Shown here piece by piece: positions 21,037-33,679 of a stretch of 64,000 bases of DNA; within the stretch, counting starts at the first letter, position 1; each line of letters begins with the position of its first letter. The translations under genes were made by a program, and so were the position numbers. A model generated the notes under the pieces. The model saw only the letters and a program-made list of their open reading frames with translations. It was not told where the DNA came from and made no database searches. The stretch covers positions 15,690,998 to 15,754,997 of the forward strand of contig OZ037767.1 of the NCBI GenBank assembly GCA_964035545.1. Direction: 5' to 3'. Source of the DNA: Bugula neritina. Taxonomy: Eukaryota; Animalia; Bryozoa.

Positions 21037-24000
21037 ATGAATCAGAATGAAGTGCTAAAGTTCAGTCAAATACTCACTAGTATTAGAGATAGAGATGATG
21101 AGGGGAATATTCTGACTGAGCTGAAGAAGTGCCTTTCTTTCATATCATTAGAAGAGAGATATAGACTATTGTGTGAGGAATATAGAACAATACACTGGGC
21201 AGCTGAGAAAGGGTATACTGACACCATCAAATGTCTACTAGATGATGTATCAGTAGAACAGAAGGTAGAGCTACTCATGATACAGAACGGTGGAGATGAG
21301 ACAGCTATACACTGTTCAGCAAAGAGAGGACATACTGACATCATCAAATATCTACTAGATGGTGTATCAGCAGAACAGAAGGTAGAGCTACTCATGATAC
21401 AGAACAGTGAGGATGAGACAGCTATACACAGTGCAGCATGCAAAAGACATACTGACATCATCAAATGTCTACTAGATGGTGTATCAGTAGAACAGAAGGT
21501 AGAGCTACTCATGATACCTAATGGTAATGGGTGGACAGTTATAGAAATTGTAATAGGCAATGGGCATACTGACACCACCAAATGTCTACTAGATGGTATA
21601 TCAGTAGAACAGAAAGTAGAGTTACTCAAGGCAACTGAGTGTTATGCTATACACTCTGCAGCATACAGAGGACATACTGACATCATCAAATGTCTACTAG
21701 ATGGTGTATCAGTAGAACAGAAAGTAGAGCTACTCAAGATACAAGACGTGGGGGATGATAAGACAGCTATACACATTGCAGCATGCGGAGGACATACTGA
21801 CATCATCAAATGTCTACTAGATGGTGTATCAGTAGAACAGAAAGTAGAGCTACTCAAGATACAGAATGATGATAAGACAGCTATACACATTGCAGCATGC
21901 GGAGGACATACTGACATCATCAAATGTCTACTAGATGGTGTATCAGTAGAACAGAAGGTAGAGCTACTCATGATACCTAATGGTGATGGGTGTACAGTCA
22001 TAGAAATTGTAACAGATAATGGGCATACTGACACCATCAAATGTCTACTAGATGGTATATCAGTAGAACAGAAGGTAGAGTTACTCAAGGCAACTGAGTC
22101 TTATGCTATACACTTTGCAGCATACAGAGGACATACTGACATCATCAAATGTCTACTAGATGGTGTATCAGTAGAACAGAAGGTAGACCTACTCAAGATA
22201 CAAAACTGGGATGATAAGACAGCTATACACATTGCAGCATGCGGAGGACATACTGACATCATCAAATGTCTACTAGATGGTGTATCAGTAGAACAGAAGG
22301 TGGAGCTACTCATGATACTTAATGGTGATGGGTGGACAGTTATAGAAATTGTAATAGGCAATGGGCATACTGACACCACCAAATGTCTACTAGATGGTAT
22401 ATCAGTAGAACAGAAAGTAGAGTTACTCAAGGCAACTGAGTGTTGTGCTATACACTCTGCAGCATACGGAGGACATACTGACTTCATCAAATATCTACTA
22501 GATGGTGTATCAGTAGAACAGAAGGTTGACCTACTCAAGATACAAGACTTGTGGGATGATAAGACAGCTATACACAATGCAGCATGCGAAGGACATACTG
22601 ACATCATCAAATGTCTACTAGATGGTATATCAGTAGAACAGAAGGTAGAGCTACTCAAGATACAAAGCTCGGATGATAAGACAGCTATACACATTGCAGC
22701 AAAGAGAGGTCATACTGACACCATCAAATATCTACTAGATGGTGTATCAGTAGAACAGAAGGTAGAGCTGCTCAAGATACAGAATAGAGATGGTAATACA
22801 GTGATACAGGAAGCAGCTAAGACTAACCAAACACAGATTCTCACTCTTTTGATGAGTCAGCTGACAACAGAGCAGCAGCTAAAACTTTTTAATTTATCAA
22901 ACCATGAAGAACGAACATCTTTAGATGTTGGTGTAAATAATGAAATATTTGGACTCCAGAGAATTGCCTCTATAACGGAACAAAGAGATGATGCAACAAA
23001 CCAAGTTCCAGGTAAAATGACCAATTTCTAAACAGACTATTTTAATTAAGGTCAACTAATCTTAAAACAACATAACTGTGATATGTTAGCAGTACGAAGG
23101 AATATCATGCAATAATGAAAAGTAAATTCTAAAGTTTCAAAAGTCATGTTTATATTCTCCATCTATGATTCAGAGAACCTACTGTTTAGCCTCGGGTGAC
23201 AATTAGCGAATGAATGCCCTGGAAACCTTTAAAATACTACATAAATGTTTTCAATGACCAAAAAGCATAATTAAATAAAGACAGAAATTTGTTCATTATG
23301 CTTTGTCACAGGTAACAATAGATTGATCATTTTTTGAACTAAACACACAGGTCAATAAAAGAGTGCAATTTAATTATTTTTAAAACAAATACAGATGCGT
23401 TTTTGAAATTTAGCATTGCCAACTTTGGAATTTTGTAAATGATGAAAAATGCAAAAAAAGTGAAATTAGTATTTCATAATAAATAGGGGTGACTGGGGGG
23501 GGGGGGAGGGGACACAACGGGCTTCTTTTTAAGTTTTTTGCTCATTAGTCTGTCTTTTAAGTTACTAGTTCAATAATCTCTAGTCCAAATGCTACACCAG
23601 TTGTCTATTATAGGTATCAGTTGGTTGTTTTTATCTCTTTCACAACTTTTAGAATAATGAAATTTTCATGAGGAGAGAAATGGCCCATGGTGCCCCAATT
23701 CTAGTCATTATTGCAATACCTTTTTATTAAAAAAAATCACGATTCTAAGTCAATATTATGTTCTCTCACAATTTGACTGGTTTTTTTGTGCCCCTATATG
23801 ACCTTTGTGCACCCATTACCCCATACTAAAAAGTTGCTAATTTGACAAATTTTAAAAAATAAATTATATTATAATTATTCACCCCACAAACTGAAACATT
23901 TAATTGTATGTAACATTTTGCTGTAATTAATCCTTGTACTCATATTATTTAAGTGCCTATAACAATCATCTATAAATTTAAAAGCCCAACATAGCCCGTT

Positions 24001-27000
24001 CACATATTTTATATTATACACGTTTAACATTTTTTTAAACGCAGATTTCTGGAAAGAGCAGACACATCACCATCCTTTGCACAGTGGTGAGTTTCCACAT
24101 TCATCACCAGGTTTGCCACATCAACCAACATCTACACAGCACTGGCTGCAACCAACACACCTAAGACAACCATCTTATCTACAAACGGCGCCACAGTTGA
24201 TCCATCTTCAGCCACCTTGGTTTCAACTCCCTTCACAACACATGCATGCTGAGCCACTGAACAATACTGATGGTTCTTTTTCTATGCCGTACCTACCCAC
24301 ACCATCAAAACCACAGTGGTGTCCTAAATCAGAGAATTTCACAACCAGCTTACCATCTCAGCCTCTTCAATTGAATGCCCCATCTTTCAACCATTCAAAG
24401 GACTGGTCTCTATTCAACCCTCCATCTTTTAACATGCCATCTACAAACCCTTCTCATTTGAATGGTGACAGCAACATCCACAGAGAAGCAGACACTCAGT
24501 TCAAACAGCCACCACATTCAATCTCCAACTTTTCTAACAATGCTCCACCAGAAGTACAAATGCAGAAAAAAAGTTTTAGAAGCAGGGAAATAGAAAATGA
24601 ACACAAATCCGATTTGAAATTGAAAAGTAACACAAATTCTCCTGTTATTGACGTTGCACAAGAAAGCAATTCGTTTATTCAAGTTTTTGACTTGAAAAAG
24701 CAAACAAACAAAGTTTCACACAACAAAAGACCTGCAGAAACAGCTATGACAGTTTTACCCCCAAATAAATATCAAAGGACTGCATGTAAGTTATATAAGT
24801 TGGTAGTCTGCTAGTCTTTGCTGATTCTTGCAGCTTACTATAAAAATTTATTTGTCCTAAATGTTGAAAATTATAAAATAGTTAGTGAGTTGTTAAACAA
24901 ATGATAATTGACTGCCATATTTTAAGGTTTTTTACTAAATAAATTATTTTTATGAATCAATGTCCTCAACATTTATTATAGCTAAAATATTATTTGTATT
25001 ATCTTTACAGTTGAAGCACCAACTCAGTCGACTACTCTCTCACATGATTTAACGTCAGATACGGGATCATCACAACTGAGTCACTTAAACACTGTGGCAC
25101 CACACCAAGCTTTTTCAGGTCTTGAAGCGCCGCATGAACATGTGTCAGCAGAAAACACAATGGAGAACATGGCGCAGTCAACTGAGGTTCCTTCTTTGAT
25201 AGATGCCGCGGTTGCAGCACCACATCAAGATATACCTGCTTATACTGTAGCGGTACACCAAGCAGTTTCACTTCCTACTAGATCAGATGGGCCATTCAAG
25301 AGTAAGTTAATTGCGTATTTGCCTCGAAGCCTACATATTTGTTACATTGATGATGTGTAATTACACTAAGATTAAAGTTGGCTTTGTGATCATGTGACGG
25401 GTTTTTCATGCAGGTAAAGTGAAAAACTGTAAAGTAACTGTAAAAGTTCAGGGAGAGAACACAGTCTACTCATTTGAAGATCACATGACTATTGGAGATC
25501 TCAGGCGTTGCATAAAGGAAGACTGTGAAACTGGTGTATTGTGTCGTGTAGTTGATGAAGGTAATGTGCATATGTGTGATGGTATAGTAAAAAGATGAAA
25601 ATAAATAGCTTCATATTAAAAGAAATATAGTTAGATTTTAGACTTTTGAATTAAAAATATTTTATTATAATCTTCTAATAAACTAGCCTAGAAACTTAAT
25701 TAAAAATTGAAATACTGTAAAATAGTTTTGCTCCCACTGAGATTCAACCCGAGAACTCCAGCTTGCAAGCAGGCGTGCAACCACTATACACCACAGAGGG
25801 CCCTGAGTAAACTAGAGCGCTACTTCCCACTTTGTTCTCAAAAACTCCACTGGCCCTTCTTCTACACCTTCAGTCTTCAATTGCTCCTTTGGCTTTTTAA
25901 CTCCCTCGGAGTGCTACTATACTACAAAAAAGGCCGAAATCGCTTATAAAACTTTTGCCCTCAGTGGGATTCAAACCTGAGACATCCAATTTACAAGCAG
26001 ACTGTTACCATTACATCACAGGGGACTACTGGGTAAACCCAACACTGCAAATACTGCATAGTATCCGTGCTCAATATTTTAATATATATGGCTAAATCTC
26101 AATATCACCATATTATTCTGCTGTTGCATTACTCATTATTGTTTCATAACGTGTAAAAGTAAATAAATGAAGATCTTCAGTAGGTAATCCTTTGTTTGAA
26201 AGCTTTATATCATTTTAGATAAATCAAGATGCTCTGACTCTCTCAGACTTGGATTAGTAGATGTGCCATTCTCAATATTTGTTGAGAACCAAGAAACACT
26301 GGTTACAGGTTTGTTGATATAAATTATAAATTACAGTAATCATGAATAAAAATGTAACATTCTATTCACATTTTATTTTAACATGTGTTTATAAAGTTTC
26401 CTATATACCTCAAGGCTACCCATTACGATAGCATGCATGACTTTTGTGTATTTTGTAGAACGAGTCAGTGACAAGCAGGCTGGCCAAGATTTGTCAGCTC
26501 CTAATGCTGCAACAAGTTTTCAATATGGTATGACAACTCTTACTATATATAATGAGATAAGACAACCCTTACTATATATATATAATGAGCAAAGACAACT
26601 CTTACTATATATAATAAGATAGGACAACTCTTACTATATATAATAAGATAAGACAACTCTTACTATATATAATGAGATAAGACAACCCTTACTATATATA
26701 ATGAGATAAGACAAATCTTACTATATATAATAAGATAAGATAACTCTTACTATATATAATGAGATAAGACAACTCTTACTATATATAATGAGATGAGACA
26801 ACTCTTACTATATATAATGAAATAAGACAACTCTTACTATATATAATGAGATAAGACAACTCTTACTATATATAAGATGAAGAGGCAATTGTAGAGTTTG
26901 ATATATATGAACAGCTGTTATATTACACTCAGTAATATCTCCTATAGCTGAGATATAATACTAATACTTATATCTTCTCATAGCTTAATATGTAAATATT

Positions 27001-27899
27001 TTACCCTGTGTTCCTTGCAGTACAAACACCTGAACAGGCTATACAGTTGATGGAATACGTACATAACCAACTGGCTAGTAAAAGAGCCAAAACTATTAAT
27101 GATGCTCTTAAACCAACAGGGAAATGTCGTAAAACTATTGACAGATTCAGATACATCTACTACCTGAGTGTACTAGATAAAGATAAACTAGATGAGGTAG
27201 ACTTTTAACTTACATATCTTAGTGAGATAATAATAAAAGCAACATTCGTACTTTTGTTTATAGGCATTGATTTTTGTGATTTCTAGAAAGAGTATAAACC
27301 TAACATCTAAAGTTGTGCTGTTATAATGCCACAAAAATCTTCTATAAACAAAAAGTATTGTATTGAAAACTATGCAACTATCAGCATTAGGTTGACACCA
27401 CCTCACGGTGTTTATTTTGAACAGGCTCATATTTTGTGTCATGTTAAAAAGTTGAGTTGTATTAAGATATAAACATCTTCTTGTAATTGAAGTTTATAGC
27501 GTTATACATTTTTATATATAACATAGTATACAAAGTATAGAAACATGCAGAAATAATTTAATTTTTTTTGCCGAGTTTTTAAAAACTATAGCATAGAAAG
27601 CGTTTTTGCCAGTTGCTTAATAATTATGTTTCATTGAAGCCACAAAACAAGTGATAGTATTACAATCTTATATTATTTTTTCTATTATGATATATAAACA
27701 TTGGTACTATAATGCATTTTTATTTAAACTTCCCCCATAATATAAATTTCAGATAATTGGACAATGGATGGACAATGCAAAGAAAGGAGGCTTGTCTGCG
27801 CTTGGCGATTTATGTGAAGCAGTCACTGATGGGTCAAAAGTGAAAGAAGCAGCAAATGATGGAAAGCTTACCATTTTTGGAATGAAGAAAAACAAGTGA
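21037..27899 (+). CDS. Ankyrin-repeat protein; exons 21037-23011, 24045-24785, 25011-25301, 25414-25560, 26219-26308, 26459-26527, 27021-27196, 27753-27899
   Basis: ~15 ankyrin repeats (TAIHxAAxxGHTDIIKCLL) in exon 1. All downstream exons join in frame at GT-AG sites (six phase-1 introns, last phase 0) to TGA at 27897-99. Confidence 0.85.
25730..25803 (-). mobile_element. Degenerate tRNA-like sequence (SINE head or tRNA pseudogene)
   Basis: Minus strand CCCTCTG TGGTGTATAGTGG..GGGTTGAATCTCAGTGGG: A box, B box, partial acceptor stem. Confidence 0.55.
25957..26027 (-). mobile_element. Second degenerate tRNA-like sequence, related to 25730-25803
   Basis: Minus strand CCCCTGTGATGTAATGG..GGTTTGAATCCCACTGAGGGC. 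Confidence 0.55.
26532..26876 (+). repeat. Intronic minisatellite, ~29-bp unit, ~12 copies
   Basis: Unit GACAACTCTTACTATATATAATGAGATAA, starting just after the exon-6 donor. Confidence 0.95.
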
Positions 27900-29494
27900 A
27901 TAATTCTTCAACATGTCTTTACCTCACCTACGTTGACATTCTAACTGGTTGTATATGCTGCATGTACTATTAGCTTTAAGACGTTATGATCAAGTAAACT
28001 ATAACTGGTAATAGATTCTATTCATGCAGCCATGTACTATCATGATATAGCAAGGAAATATTATACTTTGTAATAGTTTTGTGCTGTATTTTGATAAACT
28101 TTTTTAGACTTTATTATTGTTTAGTTTTTACCTGATTTGGTTGATTATATATTATATTACTTTATATTATATATTATTAGTTTTTATTGTTTTATAAAAG
28201 TTGATACAGCATATCATTATTATATACAGTGTTTGTTTTTGCCATACAATTATCAAAGAAAGCATTTTGAATTACATAACGAATAGAAATATTATTATGT
28301 GTAACAATTAGGCTGTTATATGTTATAGAGCTTGATTGATTTATGAATATATTACATGCATTAGTTTTATTCTAAAATAGTTTTTACAGCCCACAATAAC
28401 AATATTTCTTACTATATAGCCTATATATCAATTATTATATTATACTATAATTCTGTTACTGCTTCACTACATTACTTCATCATATTTTTAAATTTTGCCT
28501 TATACATATTATTTGTTATCTTGCATGCATGGGTTTCAGTGATAAATTTACTACTTAGCATCTAAATATATATTATATAGAATGCGTTAAAGCTATACAA
28601 ATATCAAATAAAGCTGAGTGTAAAAAAGTTCACTATTTTGGTGCCTTAACGTTTTTCACTTAGTAATAATACAGTCAGAGATACCAATCACAGTTTATGC
28701 TGTCACATGTTACTAGAAGGACTTATGATTATCCTTTATAACATATTGGATGCTTCTTTGATGTTTTAAACTGACGAAATAATATAAAAAGTTAGTCAAG
28801 AAAATTGAATGTTATCTTAGCGAATATTTGATTGGCTGATTTAGTAAAACACAGGCATGGCTGTTGTTTATATTAAAAACGTAGTCATTGACTTTTTATT
28901 GGCTGATCAGACAAATAATATGTATTTGCAGTCAATAAGTGAAATTATCACTGGGATATTATGAACATCTAGAGTTTTCTACTTCTGCCCATTTCATATA
29001 ATATAGGTTTCTGTTGTGTTCTTTCAATTACCTTAATTGATTATGGTGTCCTTTTTTGATTAAAATGGTATATCTACTTATATTTTGAGATAAAATACAT
29101 TGTAGAATCGATATTGTAATGGGATTACGTAGCATAATAATGGGGTCGTCCCCTCCTGTGTGGAATACTTATAACTATGTTCTACTATCCAATCAGAGGG
29201 ACCGGAAGGCAAGGTTCCGGTCAAGTGACTGTGCGCGGGTTAGCTAGCAGAAACCATGTGTTGTTGAGAGCAGGGGCTCGTGGTAGTAACATGTGTTTAT
29301 AATTGATTGATGTATTGTGGTATTTTGATGTAATGTTATAATTATTATTATCGAGTTAAATAAAGGTTATCGTACGCAAGCTCTACTAGTGATTGCTAGT
29401 TAAATTGAAACTAAATACGCAGGCAATCCACGCTTGATAATTGTGCTAAAACTCACAACAGTGTTGGCAGCGGTGGGATTTCGCGTATATCAAG

Positions 29495-30300
29495 ATGACA
29501 GATAGAGGCACAGAGCTACCCATTTGGAGGAATGAAGGTGAGGAAGATAACGTTGCTATACCTATAGAACCAGAAGTGAGGGTGCATAGGGAATGTTATG
29601 AGGAGAAGTACCGGCTGAGGGTGCCCACCTTCTCAGGTGAGGAGCCGGTGGAGCAATTCGTTCAAGAATTCCAAGATGTAATGGAGGTTGCACAGTGGCC
29701 ACCCAGAATAGCATTGCTCAAGCTCAGGATGGCACTGTCAGACAAGGCCAAGCCATACGGAGTGGGACCAGACATTGACGGAATCTTTGCTTCCCTGCGG
29801 GCCCGTTTTGGTATCTCCGCTGTAGATGCCCGGGCCCGTCTCCCGTCTCCGCAAGCAAACCGTGAGAGGTACACTTATGATGCCTTCGTGCAATCCATCA
29901 ACGACTTGGGACTCCATCACCAACTCCTGGCGAGGGGAGTCACCACGGTCGAAGGTGCGCTTGCAGAAGGGGAGGCTTACCTTCTGGCCAGTCAGCTGCT
30001 CCTACCGCTTCTACCGCGGATAACCCAGCGGTGGCCATGGTGACGCAGATGACGGTGGCATCGAAGGTCGCACAAATGACCGACATGCTAGCCGAACTGG
30101 TTTGCGCCTTGGCCCCTCTCAGCCAGCTAGACACCACCCGTGAGCTTGACGGGCCACCGGTGCAGTCGCCTAGTAGAGGACACCCCTCCTGCTAGGAGTG
30201 CGGAAAACCAGGACACTTCCAGAAACACTGTCCCCAACTTCAACCAGGGTTAAACTACGACAGCCCGCGGATGCTCCCACATCCGGCAAGCCGCCGATAA
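29495..30300 (+). pseudogene. gag: Degenerate gag of element 2
   Basis: QFVQEFQDVMEVAQWPPRIALLKLRMAL aligns to element-1 Gag; internal deletion, frameshift near 29990, TAG in the zinc knuckle. Confidence 0.88.
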
Positions 30301-32546
30301 AATCCCAAGGGAGGACACAGTGGCGTCCGCCACGCCGGACACCCGTCTGGGACCTCGCGGAATGGCCACCAGGACGGCAAGCAGGCTGTACAAGCCGCTT
30401 GCCGACTGTGTTCTCAATGCCACCCCGCAACAGGTTCGACAAACGACGGATCGCAGAGTCTGCGAGGGAAAGGGCTCAAACGCCGCAAGGCGTGGCGCCA
30501 CCCCCTCTACAGCTGGTCTCCAGTCGTCGTCAAGAACCTAACCCCTCCGCCAGGGCGAGGGGGATGAGGTCACCCAAGATACCACTACACCCCCACGAGA
30601 GCAGCCTGTTTTTACCAAGACAGATAGCTGGCAAGCCTGCCAAATTCCTGTTAGACGCGGGCTGCACCACCAACCTCCTGGGTCGTTGATTCTTCGACAC
30701 AATCAGTGCTCAGATCCGAAGCAGGTTGGGACCGTATGAAGGCGATCATGGCACCCTGGCAGACGGGTCGGGCATCCCCTTCTACGGTATCATTGAACTC
30801 CCTGGGAGCGTCTGTGACCAGACCATCCAGGAGAGGTTCAGAGTCGGACAACTCCAGGAGGACGCCATCCTTGAGATGCCATTCTTACAACGACACGGGT
30901 GTCGCATCGATTTTGGCAAATCTGCGATGTTTATGGGCGGCCGGGACCCGCCTGTGTCGATAAGTTTGGCCATCCCCTAACAGGAGGAGAGCCGATAGTA
31001 CGTACCTGTACTATGCCCGGGCACTCCCGGGACACCGTCCACCGCCAGGTAGACGGTGGCCGTACCTCCAGGCCGGGAGCTGTAGAGAGCGCGCACCCGA
31101 ACGTCCCACCTGTCCGCAGCTCTAACCAGCTGACACGGAGAGGAAAGACCTCGGTGCCATGCCTCCACTCCCCCTCGGAGACAGTGAGTCTACCACCCAC
31201 CTCTCCACCAAGCTGTACTACTTCTGTTCAAGAAGATAACAGCCGGGCATCGCGAGAAACCACGACTTGAAGTCCTCTAAAGTGCCCGTCTCCAGAGCGA
31301 AGGACTGCCTCACCCCACGCCCCACACAGCCAGGGGACTCGTGGGAGAGAATCAGACGGTTGTGCAGATAATGAGAAGCGTCAAGAGACGGCCACGTTAC
31401 TACACAAAACCGAGGCTACACCTCACCTTGGGGACCCTGACATGCCCCCAGAGGCGGCACAGGACCCCCATGCCGAACCCGTCTCAGCCGCTGGCATCAA
31501 GTAGCCACGACACCTCCAGGAACATATTCCGGGGGTGGTAGCCAACGTCTATCGAATCAAACTGGAAAGGCGACGACCCAGTGACAAACAGCGGAAGCAG
31601 GGCTGCCCCGAGTGACAGCTGTACTGCCGACGTTGGAACGCACTGCGGATCGGGCCGGATGGTCTATTAACCATATCTTTGGCCGCTAACAACAAACAAC
31701 CAGACTAACCAGGAGAAGACCCTCTGTCATGCTGCCATCCGCCGGGAGTTGATAGAAGAGGTATACCAACAGGCTCAAGGGGGAGCCCAACAGGTGCTCA
31801 CCGAACTACAACTCTGGTGGTATTGGCCTAACATGGAGCGTGAAGTACGACGCAGAGTTGGGCAGTGCAGAGTCTGCTGGGCCAGTAAGCATGGCCTCCC
31901 TCCTGACAAGGTGGGGCGGCGAAGGCAAAGTGCAGAAAGACCCGGGCAAACAGAGACTGCTGACCTGGTCGATAAACCGCCCAGGATGCAACCCAAAGCA
32001 GTGGAGAGGCAGGAAAAGCCACACCCGTTCAGGAAAGTGCGCTCACCGCCTTCAGCGTGCAAGCTGCCGCCACCACTTCCTAAGTCAGGAACCGACCTGG
32101 AAGTGCAAAACCTTCTCACGGGAGGGGCTCCGTACGGAAATGCTGGGGAAGCTCCATTTGTCACAAACTGGCTGGAAGCACCACCCGTGAGACGTGACCG
32201 TCCACGGGTGAGTAAACCGCCCTGGCTGAGGACGACACTTCCCCAGGCTCCGTATGGAGATGCTAGGAAAGCTCCATTTGTCACAAACTGGCTGGAAGCA
32301 CCACCCGTGAGACGTGACCGTCCACGGGTGAGTAAACCGCTTTGGTTGGTGATGACACCTCGGAAACGGTGTTCTAGACCAATCTCCGCGTATCTCAAGG
32401 ACTTACCACGTGCCGTTCAGGGCGCGGTCAAACGTCCTACGAGGCGCCGTACGGGAAGAGAGCAAGGCGTGGGAGTTGTGAACACCACGAGAATATCAAC
32501 TTTTGCTTTGGCAGAATCTCAAACGAGATTCATACGCCGGAAGTAA
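30249..32546 (+). pseudogene. pol: Degenerate pol remnants of element 2 (protease, integrase N- and C-terminal parts)
   Basis: FLLDAGCTTNLL protease motif; LQLWWYWPNM..CRVC integrase Zn region; AYLKD tail; many stops and frameshifts. Confidence 0.85.
32126..32350 (+). repeat. 120-bp-period tandem duplication inside element 2
   Basis: GGCTCCGTA..GAGTAAACCGC occurs at ~32126 and ~32246 (peptide APFVTNWLEAPPVRRDRPRVSKP twice). Confidence 0.9.
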
Positions 32547-32652
32547 TAAGTCCTAGCCACGTTTCACAACCACGCTGCTCGCTCTTTCATCACATTGATA
32601 CAGCTTTGAGTAGACGTACGTAGAAATCATAAACATACCACTCTCATTCACA

Positions 32653-33679
32653 ATGGCTTGCCAAGAATCGAGAGGTAAGTTAATTATGTTTTTGGTACGA
32701 AGGCTAAACTGTATTAATCAGCTTAACTGTAACAGAATAAGCTGGAGACTTGGTAATAATTTTTAGTGGTGGGAATTCACATTGACTCTAAGACTGAGCA
32801 GTCTGTTACAGCAGTGGGTGTTTTCGATCAACTATTCATTAACTGAGCCTCACGAGTGTCTAATTGAGTTAAGTACCCACCAGGCTGTATAGGCCGGTTG
32901 TACTCAGTGTACCCTCTTACACTGTTATACTCTTGCAGATCACACTCGATTGACCAACTCTGGGTCACAAGACCAACACCCCCTCTCCTCCTTGGATAAC
33001 GGACCGGAAATGGACAACGGATTGCCCGCGATACTGCGTCGAAGACACAGATGGGTGCCGCGACGGACGGAGCGGCAAATTTAAGAAGCCTGGGGACCGA
33101 GTAGGTCACAACGCACTTGCCATGTATGTTACGAAGAGCTTCCCTCACACCAAGGACTACGGCTGCATGTGATTGCACACTTCCTACTACGCTTCTGTCC
33201 GTGTGGATTCCACGACGTATACCCATACCCCGTCGTGGCACATATGATGGACTGTTTCACAGGCGAAGGCTATGTAGTGGACGTGGACAATTACGACCAG
33301 TATCTAGAAGCCATTAGACCAGTGATTAAGAAGGCTTTGACCTGAGCCGCATTATCCTTCGGGTTTTATACACTGCTAACAGCCGCCCGCCAGAAATCCC
33401 CTATGGTAAAAACGGTCGCTGCGATCATACCTCGGCCAGACAACACCCCCATGGAAGCATCAGACTCTTTAGAAGAAGTGACGCCAACTCCAACCAGGCC
33501 TAACCGACTAGCAACTGTTGAGGAAAGACTCCTACGACTGCAGGATGAATTCACCCAATTCACCCGGCTTATTCAGCACTTCAATGAGCCTTAGTGAACT
33601 AAAGGGCTCAGTGGGACGCCTTAAGCGTAGATTACATGCACGGCAAGAACGCCACCGGATCCAGTCCCTGCAAAACTAG
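32653..33679 (+). pseudogene. Spliced zinc-finger accessory ORF of element 2: join(32653..32674,32939..33679), two stops and a late frameshift
   Basis: ATG GCT..AGA G|GTAAGT ... TCTTGCAG|AT CAC ACT CGA; CHVC-x12-HVIAH, CPC-x12-H-x3-C, RLATVEERLLRLQ, LKGSVGRLK. Confidence 0.8.

Noticed and set aside
21066-22694. Long antisense ORFs over the ankyrin exon
   Set aside because: Shadow frames of a repeated, stop-poor unit; no independent signals.
23483-23828. Possible old MITE in ankyrin intron 1; similar hints at 51730-52340 and 53090-54130
   Set aside because: Terminal similarity is weak, with no TSD and no second copy in the window.
26532-26876. Regular repeats here and at 42942-43300, 55861-55950 and 57915-58180 as CRISPR-like arrays
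   Set aside because: No unique spacers of constant length, no cas genes, eukaryotic intronic context; ordinary minisatellites.
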